Shown here: in pieces, positions 48,877-55,945 of the stretch
How positions within the stretch are numbered: position 1 is the stretch's first letter
How the letters are laid out: every line of letters begins with the position of its first letter
Virus record (IMG/VR): IMGVR_UViG_3300044491_002553
Coordinates: 1 to 55,945 of that record
From: a virus
Taxonomy: Duplodnaviria > Caudoviricetes
Reading direction: 5' to 3' (one strand)
DNA length: 55,945 nucleotides
The notes under the pieces: generated by a model
Told to the model about the DNA's origin: nothing
Seen by the model: the letters and a program-made list of their open reading frames with translations, nothing else
Databases searched by the model: none
Program-made: the position numbers and the translations under genes

Positions 48877-49578
48877 ATGAGCAATAATAAATTTGAACAG
48901 TTAATTGAACTATTCATTAACGAAGACGAAAAGAAAGCAAAAGAACTTTTCCACGATATCGTAGTAGAAAAGTCAAGAGATATCTATGCTGATCTTATTA
49001 AAGAAGATGAAGTAGAAGATATTGAAGAGAACACAGAAGAAGAAGAAGCCGTAGAAGAATCAACAGATGAAGAAGTTGAAGAATCAACAGATGAAGAAGT
49101 TGAAGAAGATCTAGGTGGAAACGAAACAGAAGATTTAATCAACGACATTGAATCAGACGAAGAAGGTTTAGCAAACGAAGAAGCAACAGATGAGGAAGTT
49201 GACGAATTATCTGATGCAATTGCAGACTTACAAGCACAGTTTGATGAAATTGTTGCAATGAACGACTTAGAAACTGGCGATGACGATGACGATGAAGGCG
49301 AAGATGAAATGGACATGGAAATGGAAATGGATGCTGAAGACGACATGGAAGAGTCAGTAACAGAAGAAAAAATCGTTGAATATGCAGAGAAGGCACCAGC
49401 ACCAGTATCAAGTGAAGAAGGTAGTGTTAACACTACTGCACAAAAAGTACCAGGTGGAAAGCCAAGTTCAGATGCAAAGCCAGCCATTAGTGCCGGTGGT
49501 GCAGATGAAAAAGGTAGTGCAACTCCAAAATATGACGATGCAAAATCAACTACCAAGCCAGATTTGAAAAAGGTGTAA
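48877..49578 (+). CDS. Highly acidic prohead core/scaffold-like protein
   Basis: Asp/Glu-rich with many V/I/L-x-E sites; CTAAATA and AAGGAG upstream; occupies the position of T4 gp67/68. Confidence 0.65.
   Translation: MSNNKFEQLIELFINEDEKKAKELFHDIVVEKSRDIYADLIKEDEVEDIEENTEEEEAVEESTDEEVEESTDEEVEEDLGGNETEDLINDIESDEEGLANEEATDEEVDELSDAIADLQAQFDEIVAMNDLETGDDDDDEGEDEMDMEMEMDAEDDMEESVTEEKIVEYAEKAPAPVSSEEGSVNTTAQKVPGGKPSSDAKPAISAGGADEKGSATPKYDDAKSTTKPDLKKV
49054..49107 (+). repeat. In-frame 24-bp tandem repeat (EESTDEEV x2)
   Basis: GAAGAATCAACAGATGAAGAAGTT occurs twice, followed by a partial third copy. Confidence 0.85.
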
Positions 49579-49584
49579 TACACT

Positions 49585-50208
49585 ATGGGTTACCTTAGTG
49601 AAGCATTAGATTTCAAAACCGCTCAGATTGTAACAGAACGTACAAATGAGGGTAAAGATCTCTATATGAAAGGCATTTGTATGCAGGGTGGTGTTGAAAA
49701 CGCTAACAAGAGAATATACCCTGTAAATGAAATTACCAATGCCGTTAAGACACTAAATGAACAGATTGAAAAAGGCAATTCTGTTCTAGGAGAAGTAGAT
49801 CATCCAGAAGGTTTAGGAATAAATCTAGACAAAGTATGCCATATGGTAGAAAGTCTTTGGATGGATGGTCCTAATGGCTATGGTAAGTTAAAGATTCTTC
49901 CAACACCAATGGGAAATTTAGTAAAAACCATGTTGGAAGCAGACGTGAGGTTAGGCGTCAGCACTAGAGGAACAGGAGAAGTTGATCCTATTAGTGGTAA
50001 AGTTTCAGGTTTTGAAATTGTTACAGTTGACGTTGTAGCCCAACCAAGTGCACCTAATGCCTATCCAACAGCAATTTACGAAGGACTGTTGAATATGCGA
50101 GGTGGCAACAAACTACTAGAAATTTCTGCAGAAGCACGTGGAAATACTAGAGTACAAAAATACTTGAAAGAGGGAGTAATCCGTCTAATCAAGGAACTAA
50201 AGATCTAG
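49585..50208 (+). CDS. gp21: Prohead protease, gp21-like
   Basis: N.NKRIYP, LGEVDHP, GKLKILPTPMG, LGVSTRG.G and DVVAQPSAP.A. Confidence 0.93.
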   Translation: MGYLSEALDFKTAQIVTERTNEGKDLYMKGICMQGGVENANKRIYPVNEITNAVKTLNEQIEKGNSVLGEVDHPEGLGINLDKVCHMVESLWMDGPNGYGKLKILPTPMGNLVKTMLEADVRLGVSTRGTGEVDPISGKVSGFEIVTVDVVAQPSAPNAYPTAIYEGLLNMRGGNKLLEISAEARGNTRVQKYLKEGVIRLIKELKI

Positions 50209-50211
50209 GAG

Positions 50212-51324
50212 ATGAATATGCTAGATGCTATCAAACCACTATTAGATAGCGACCTTGTTAACGAGGAAACTAAAGTACAGATCGAAGAGGCTTGGGAAAC
50301 CAAGGTGAACGAAACTCGTCAACAGGTTACAGCAGAACTCCGTGAGGAATTCGCTCGTCGCTACGAACACGACAAGTCAGTAATGGTTAAAGCCTTAGAT
50401 CGAATGGTGACAGAGAACTTAACAGCAGAAATTAGTCAAATTGCTGAAGAGAAACAAAAACTAGCAGAAGATAGAGCAAAGTTTGTTACTCAAATGAAGG
50501 AAACTTCAGGTAATTTTGACAAGTTTTTAGTCAAGAAACTTGCTGAAGAAATCAAAGAATTACATTCAGACAGAGCAACACAAACAGATGTAGTTGAAAA
50601 ACTAGAAAAATTTGTTGTAGCACAACTGGCTGAAGAAATTAAAGATTTCCAAGCAGACAGACAAGACGTTGCAGAAACTAAAGTAAAGTTGGTTACTGAA
50701 GCAAAACAAAAATTTGCAGAAATTAAATCAAACTTTATCAAGAATAGTGCAAACGTTGTTAAAGAATCTGTTAACAAACATCTAAAAGGTGAACTATCAC
50801 AATTAAGAGAAGACATCGAGTCAGCCAAAGAGAATACCTTTGGCCGCAAGATTTTTGAAGCATTTGCTACTGAGTTTGGTACTAGTTACCTAAACGAAAA
50901 TCAAACTATTAAAAAGTTAGAGCAGTTAGCGAACGATACAAAAGAACAACTTGCTGAAGCAACTAAGGTAATTGCTGAAAAAGATCAACTTATTGAGAAA
51001 AAGTCAGATGAAGTAAACATCATTACAGAGTCAATGGCTCGTAAAGAAACAATGAATGCTTTGTTAAAACCACTCAATAAGGAAAAGGCGTCAATTATGA
51101 CTGACCTACTAGAAAGCGTTCAAACAGATAAATTAAAATCTGCTTTTGATCGTTATTTGCCTGCAGTATTAAACGGTGAAAAAACTAAATCTGTCAATAA
51201 AGAAGTTATTACAGAAAACAAAACCGTCGAAACAGGTAATAAAAAAATAAAATCAAACTCAACTGTCGAAAAAGATGATAGTAATATCATTGAGTTAAGA
51301 CAACTTGCTGGTTTGAAAAATTAA
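50212..51324 (+). CDS. gp22: Prohead scaffolding protein, gp22-like
   Basis: Coiled-coil, Glu/Lys-rich; lies between the protease and major capsid genes. Confidence 0.8.
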   Translation: MNMLDAIKPLLDSDLVNEETKVQIEEAWETKVNETRQQVTAELREEFARRYEHDKSVMVKALDRMVTENLTAEISQIAEEKQKLAEDRAKFVTQMKETSGNFDKFLVKKLAEEIKELHSDRATQTDVVEKLEKFVVAQLAEEIKDFQADRQDVAETKVKLVTEAKQKFAEIKSNFIKNSANVVKESVNKHLKGELSQLREDIESAKENTFGRKIFEAFATEFGTSYLNENQTIKKLEQLANDTKEQLAEATKVIAEKDQLIEKKSDEVNIITESMARKETMNALLKPLNKEKASIMTDLLESVQTDKLKSAFDRYLPAVLNGEKTKSVNKEVITENKTVETGNKKIKSNSTVEKDDSNIIELRQLAGLKN

Positions 51325-51343
51325 AGTACAAGAGGAGACCGAT

Positions 51344-52528
51344 ATGTCAGACGTACTATTAGAAAGCCGTTGGAAAGACACTAAAGATACTCTTCTAGAA
51401 GGTCTAGAAGGTGCAAGACGTAATTCGATGGCTGTTGTGTTAGAAAACACAAAGAACTACTTAACTGAAGCCGCATCATCAGGTGCAAGTGCTTCAGGTA
51501 ACATTGCAACACTTAACAGAGTAATTTTACCTGTTATCAGACGTGTAATGCCTACAGTTATCGCTAACGAAATCGTTGGTGTTCAACCAATGCAGGGACC
51601 AGTTGGTCAAATTCACACATTAAGAGTAAGATATGCAGATTCAGTAACATCAACTGCTTCTTCTCCGTTTGATACCAACACTACTGCAGGTGATGAAGCA
51701 TTATCACCATTTAAAATTGCAACTGCTTATTCCGGTTCTACATCAACTGGTAGAGCAGATAATACAGCCGCTAAAGAAGGTACTGGTGGAAATAAACTTT
51801 CAATCCAGATCTTAAAGCAACCTGTAGAAGCAAAGACAAGAAAGTTACAAGCAAGATGGACTTTTGAAGCCGCTCAAGATGCTCAGTCAATGCACGGTAT
51901 CGATGTTGAAGCAGAAGTAATGGCCGCTTTAGCACAAGAAATCACAGCAGAGATTGATCAAGAAGTGATCGGTTCATTAAGAAGTTTAGCCGCAACTGAA
52001 GAAACTTTCAACCAAGCCGCTGTTTCAGGTACTGCAACATACGTTGGTGATGAGCATGCCGCTCTTGCTGTTTTAATTAACAGAACTGCTAACAAAATTG
52101 CACAAAGAACAAGAAGAGGCGCTGGTAACTATGCAGTGGTTTCACCACAGGCATTAACTGTACTACAAAGTGCAAGTACTTCAGCATTTGCAAGAACTAC
52201 AGAAGGTTCATTTGAAGCACCAACAAACACTAAGTTTGTAGGTACATTAAATGGTGCAATGAGAGTATATGTAGATTCATATGCCGCTGATTCTACAGCA
52301 GTACTAGTAGGATACAAAGGTTCATCAGAAACTGATGCTCCAGCATTCTACTGCCCATACATTCCATTAATGTCAAGCGGTACTGTACTAGATCCAGATA
52401 CATTTGAGCCAGTAGTAAGTTTCATGACAAGATATGGTTATATCGAGTTATCAAACACTGCAAGTTCATTAGGTAACGCTGGTGACTATGTAGGTGAAGT
52501 TGCAATGAGTAACATTTCATTCTCATAA
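51344..52528 (+). CDS. gp23: Major capsid protein, gp23-like
   Basis: RRVMP..IA.EIVGVQPM.GP.G.I..LR, AKTRKLQARWT.E.AQD...HG.D.E.E and FYCPYIPL...TRYG. Confidence 0.96.
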   Translation: MSDVLLESRWKDTKDTLLEGLEGARRNSMAVVLENTKNYLTEAASSGASASGNIATLNRVILPVIRRVMPTVIANEIVGVQPMQGPVGQIHTLRVRYADSVTSTASSPFDTNTTAGDEALSPFKIATAYSGSTSTGRADNTAAKEGTGGNKLSIQILKQPVEAKTRKLQARWTFEAAQDAQSMHGIDVEAEVMAALAQEITAEIDQEVIGSLRSLAATEETFNQAAVSGTATYVGDEHAALAVLINRTANKIAQRTRRGAGNYAVVSPQALTVLQSASTSAFARTTEGSFEAPTNTKFVGTLNGAMRVYVDSYAADSTAVLVGYKGSSETDAPAFYCPYIPLMSSGTVLDPDTFEPVVSFMTRYGYIELSNTASSLGNAGDYVGEVAMSNISFS

Positions 52529-52552
52529 GTCAAACTTAGAGTACACCAATAC

Positions 52553-52580
52553 AAAACAGGGCTTCGGCCCTGTTTTTCTT
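52553..52580 (+). terminator. Rho-independent terminator with a cUUCGg loop
   Basis: AAAACAGGGC-TTCG-GCCCTGTTTT followed by a T-rich tract, after the capsid gene. Confidence 0.9.
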
Positions 52581-52587
52581 TGGTTCT

Positions 52588-52595
52588 TATAAATA
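52588..52595 (+). promoter_or_regulatory. T4-type late promoter TATAAATA
   Basis: Exact consensus between the terminator and the porin gene. Confidence 0.7.
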
Positions 52596-52689
52596 AAATG
52601 TTACGTTTATAACGAACACAATTAATTTTTAATGTAAAGTTAAGGATTGTAAAATAAAAAAACCCCCAACTTAATAAGGAAAAATAATA

Positions 52690-53679
52690 ATGAAAAAACT
52701 ACTAGCAAGTGGTGTTTTAATAGCATTACTAAGTACGACTGCATTGGCACAAGAACCGGCAGTTGAAAAAGGACCAAAGTTTGCCATTTCAGGTACAAGC
52801 GAGTTCTACTACAAAGACGTTGATTCTCAAATTGCTTCACAAAAAGGTGATAGTATGGGAAACAGTGACAACGAGATTAAATTTACTTTTTCTAATAAAT
52901 CAGATGCTGGTTTAGATTATGGTATGGTTGTTGAAATGACAACAGTTGCAGACTCAAGTGCAACTATTGACGAATCATCAATTTATATTTCAGGATCTGC
53001 AGGAAAACTAATACTAGGTGGTAACGATGCAGTTACTGACAACTTTGGTATTGGTGAGCAGGACATTATGGACGAAGAAGTAACAGGTACATATACAAAT
53101 GCTTCAATTCAATCAAATGCAGGAGAAAAGACATATGGTGACGATCTTGACAAAGTATCATACATTTCTCCAAGTTTTAGTGGAGTACAGGCTGGCATAA
53201 GTTATATGGATTCAGGTGCAACAGGTACGAATGATTCAACTTCATATGGTGCAAGTTACACTCATGAAAACATCAAAATTGGTTACACAAAAGGTATGCA
53301 AGAAGTATCAGGTGCAATTGACAATGAGTCACAGAGCATTGGTGCAAAAGTATCATTTGGTGACATTGCCATTATTGGTGCAATGAGTACTGTAGAAGGT
53401 GCAGACGAAGACATTGAAACAATTGGAGCAGGTGCAAGTTATGCAATTAATAACACTACAACTGTTGCAGTTTCAACTATGGAATCAGAAGATGCATTAG
53501 ACGTATCAGGTACAGAAAAAGAAAACCTAAAGCAAAACATGGTAGAAATCAAACATGCTATTGCACCAGGTTTAACTGGTTATGTGAACTACACAGACTA
53601 TGAGTACAAGAACGGTGGAGAAGCATCAACAGATGACGATGGTTCAGTGTTACAATTTAAAATTGCGGCAAAGTTCTAA
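52690..53679 (+). CDS. Outer-membrane porin (alphaproteobacterial-like Gram-negative porin)
   Basis: Sec signal peptide MKKLL...TALA; EIKF.FS..SD.GL.YG; G.L.LG..D; KVSYISPSFSG; alternating beta-strands; terminal Phe. Confidence 0.85.
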   Translation: MKKLLASGVLIALLSTTALAQEPAVEKGPKFAISGTSEFYYKDVDSQIASQKGDSMGNSDNEIKFTFSNKSDAGLDYGMVVEMTTVADSSATIDESSIYISGSAGKLILGGNDAVTDNFGIGEQDIMDEEVTGTYTNASIQSNAGEKTYGDDLDKVSYISPSFSGVQAGISYMDSGATGTNDSTSYGASYTHENIKIGYTKGMQEVSGAIDNESQSIGAKVSFGDIAIIGAMSTVEGADEDIETIGAGASYAINNTTTVAVSTMESEDALDVSGTEKENLKQNMVEIKHAIAPGLTGYVNYTDYEYKNGGEASTDDDGSVLQFKIAAKF

Positions 53680-53700
53680 TATTAATATAAATTATAGGAG

Positions 53701-53725
53701 TAGCACCTTTGGGTGCTATTTTTTT
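53701..53725 (+). terminator. Rho-independent terminator
   Basis: TAGCACC-TTTG-GGTGCTA followed by T7, between convergent genes. Confidence 0.85.
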
Positions 53726-53729
53726 GACT

Positions 53730-54356
53730 TTAATACCAACCATTTGCATAATCTTCTAGCATAATTTGTTCAATACGCAAACATTGTAGATCATTAGGAC
53801 CAACTCTTATTGTATTATCTTTACGATGATGAATGGTACCTGTCGGCACATCTAAAAGTTCAGCAATTTTATGTACTTCTTTGTAATAAAAAATATGAGT
53901 ATAGATGTTACGATCAGAGCCTAATCTAGCAGTATTTGATTCACAATGATCTCTTACATTCATACTATTTTTGTGATAATATTCATAATTTTTTAAAAAT
54001 TCGTCCAGTGTTTTTTCACCTATCCACAGTTGGTCTTGTGCACCAGTAGGACTAAACATTGTATGGTGGTATCCGCTTACAAATTTATCTACAGGATCAC
54101 GCCAAACTGCTACACGCACATCACATTCTGCAAGTTCTTTTTCATACTCTTGAAAATAATTTTTCTTGATGTAAACCCCTGGAACATTCTGCTCAAATGT
54201 TTTATATGCTTGCACATCATGCACATCTGCATTCCAAAGTACATGGGCCACATAACTTAGTATGCTGGTACTTGCACATTTTTGATTGCGTACTATTCCC
54301 CATGTTTTGTTTTTGTATTGAAATTTTAAAAGTGACATCGATAAATACTTATGCAT
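53730..54356 (-). CDS. Sulfotransferase family 2-like protein (true start may be the Met at 54338)
   Basis: NQKCASTS (5'-PSB-like) and VWRDPVDKFVSGY (3'-PB-like) motifs; C-terminal ED. Confidence 0.7.
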   Translation of the reverse strand: MHKYLSMSLLKFQYKNKTWGIVRNQKCASTSILSYVAHVLWNADVHDVQAYKTFEQNVPGVYIKKNYFQEYEKELAECDVRVAVWRDPVDKFVSGYHHTMFSPTGAQDQLWIGEKTLDEFLKNYEYYHKNSMNVRDHCESNTARLGSDRNIYTHIFYYKEVHKIAELLDVPTGTIHHRKDNTIRVGPNDLQCLRIEQIMLEDYANGWY

Positions 54357-54432
54357 ATAAAATTATGCTTATGGGGAACACCAACCTCGTAGTGAGTGGA
54401 ACTCACATCGGACTTCTGAAAGGAGAAAACAA
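54341..54432 (+). promoter_or_regulatory. Late promoter plus a structured 5' leader
   Basis: ATAAATA at 54341 followed by three or four hairpins; the last one sequesters AGGAG. Confidence 0.55.
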
Positions 54433-54867
54433 ATGGGAAGACCAATTAAATCAGCCGAAACAGTAGGCGGAACATCAAAAGTAGCGGCTGCTAACACAGT
54501 ATTACCAATTGGCTCAAGTGGCCTTAGTGGTAATCAGATGATTATGCAGGCATTTGTAACAAGTGGAAGTGCTAATGCTACCACAAACATCATCCAAAAA
54601 GGTAATAAGAAGTTTCGTGTTACTACTTCAGACGGCACAGAAACTTGTGTATTGACATCAGTTACAAGTGGTTCACTAGCGGCAGGTCAGTGTCAGATCA
54701 CTGGTACAGACAGTGCAGGTGGTACTTATTTTGCAAGTCAAATCACAGGACGTCATTTTGTAGTAGGTGCATTAGGCACAGGCTCACAATTTGCAGTTGG
54801 TGATAAAGCATTACTTGTGGCATCAGGCCCAGTAGAAAACGTAAGTGTTTCCGTACCAAACGGTTAA
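54433..54867 (+). CDS. Small probable virion protein
   Basis: Gly/Ser/Thr/Ala-rich beta-type protein; strong RBS and a late promoter; near the capsid gene. Confidence 0.55.
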   Translation: MGRPIKSAETVGGTSKVAAANTVLPIGSSGLSGNQMIMQAFVTSGSANATTNIIQKGNKKFRVTTSDGTETCVLTSVTSGSLAAGQCQITGTDSAGGTYFASQITGRHFVVGALGTGSQFAVGDKALLVASGPVENVSVSVPNG

Positions 54868-54870
54868 TAC

Positions 54871-54920
54871 TTGACATAATGAAAGGATACAGTTATAATA
54901 CACTGTATCCTTTTTTATTT
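54871..54920 (+). terminator. Terminator hairpin superimposed on a consensus sigma70 promoter
   Basis: TTGACA(54871)-N17-TATAAT(54894); 12-bp stem AAAGGATACAGT/ACTGTATCCTTT followed by a T tract. Confidence 0.75.
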
Positions 54921-54928
54921 TTACATTC

Positions 54929-55513
54929 ATGAAAGAATTTGCATTTATATTAGGTAACGGTATATCTAGACTTGAAGTTGAACTTTCTGGTTTGCAACCA
55001 CGTGGCAAAATTTTTGGTTGTAATCGCTTGTATCAAGAATTTGCTCCTGATATATTGGTAAGCACAGATCCAGGCATGGCAACAGAAATACAAACCTGTG
55101 GTTACAGTGACAACAATACACATTACACCAGACAACATCAAATTTTACCCAACAGTAAAAGTGTTGCTATTCCTGAAAGTTTCAGTGGAATGAGCAGTGG
55201 TCCTGTTGCACTAAGTCTAGCACTACAGGAACACTTTCCATATTGTTTTTTAATAGGTTTTGATCTAAAAGGTGTAAACAATTTAATCAACAACATTTAC
55301 GCAGGTACAGAACACTATAGACCAAAAGGTGTTGATAATACTTTTTTTGGAAATTGGGTAAATCAAATAGAATCTCTGCTACAAAAACACCCAGATCAAA
55401 GAGTCATACATGTCAATCCGTTTGATAACTTTACACCTGACGATTGGAGTAAATATAATAACTTCAGCACAATGAGTTTATCCAGTTTTTATGATATGAT
55501 AAATAATATGTAA
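54929..55513 (+). CDS. DUF115/MptE/sialyltransferase-like Rossmann-fold protein
   Basis: ILGNGISR, FGCN..Y, PD.LV..D, SSG..AL..A and LIGFDL. Confidence 0.6.
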   Translation: MKEFAFILGNGISRLEVELSGLQPRGKIFGCNRLYQEFAPDILVSTDPGMATEIQTCGYSDNNTHYTRQHQILPNSKSVAIPESFSGMSSGPVALSLALQEHFPYCFLIGFDLKGVNNLINNIYAGTEHYRPKGVDNTFFGNWVNQIESLLQKHPDQRVIHVNPFDNFTPDDWSKYNNFSTMSLSSFYDMINNM

Positions 55514-55525
55514 AGAGATAATAGA

Positions 55526-55945
55526 ATGAGCCAAACAAAAAGAATAACTGGAAATTATACCATTAAAGCCACAGGCGGAACTGTTGTTGACAGTGCATTA
55601 GAAGTCACTGGAAACTTAACAGTTACAGGTACAACAACCACAGTAAGCACAACAAATACTGCAATTCAAGACAGAATTGTTGTATACAATAGTGGTGAAA
55701 TTGGTGCAGGCGTAACCGGAAGATACGCAGGTATAGAGGTTGATAGAGGTAGTGTAGGTAATGCACAATTAGTATTTGACGAAAATGATGATAAATTTAA
55801 AATTAGTACTGACGGCGGTAGTAGTTTTAATAGTTTACTTGTTGTTAGTTCTTCAGGATTGACTGAAGTATTAGATGATACAACTCCTCAACTTGGGGGT
55901 GACTTAGATGTAAATGGTAAAAATATTATCAGTGCTAGTACAAAT
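55526..55945 (+). CDS. N-terminal part of a virion structural/fibre-like protein (runs off the window)
   Basis: Open frame MSQTKRITG...GNLTVTGTTTTV...GIEVDRG...DTTPQLGGDLDVNG; ATAAATA upstream at 55499. Confidence 0.7.
   Translation, partial: MSQTKRITGNYTIKATGGTVVDSALEVTGNLTVTGTTTTVSTTNTAIQDRIVVYNSGEIGAGVTGRYAGIEVDRGSVGNAQLVFDENDDKFKISTDGGSSFNSLLVVSSSGLTEVLDDTTPQLGGDLDVNGKNIISASTN

Noticed and set aside
48984-49583. 199-aa Ser-rich minus-strand ORF
   Set aside because: Antisense shadow of the GAA/GAT-rich acidic protein gene.
54197-54466. 89-aa plus-strand ORF spanning the leader region
   Set aside because: Overlaps two better-supported genes and a promoter; no RBS or motif.
1-55945. Stop-codon reassignment
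   Set aside because: Genes are full length in the standard code, and TAA, TAG (e.g. gp46, gp21) and TGA all occur as true stops.

Overview
A 56-kb, AT-rich, gene-dense segment of a large, distantly T4-related myophage, probably aquatic. An alphaproteobacterial-type porin hints at the host. From left to right: (1) a minus-strand modification cassette (radical SAM, glycosyltransferase-like and 2OG-Fe(II) oxygenase genes); (2) a long minus-strand tail-fibre/baseplate operon including a 4364-aa protein and gp6-, gp25-, gp5-, gp27-, gp53- and gp48/54-like genes; (3) a plus-strand block with a gp55-like late sigma factor and gp47/gp46, interleaved with an amidinotransferase, an unlisted Hc1-like small protein, two radical SAM genes, a PP-loop protein and a minimal GIY-YIG nuclease; (4) a ~390-nt GC-enriched, densely base-paired non-coding element directly behind the GIY-YIG gene, which is the best candidate for an undescribed system; (5) a gp26/gp51-like pair joined by a clear -1 slippery site, divergent from a probable tape-measure gene; (6) the head module (portal, core proteins, protease, scaffold, major capsid); (7) a porin, a sulfotransferase-like gene, a small gene with a structured leader, and further accessory and structural genes. 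All calls come from motif recognition by eye; no database search or folding program was run.
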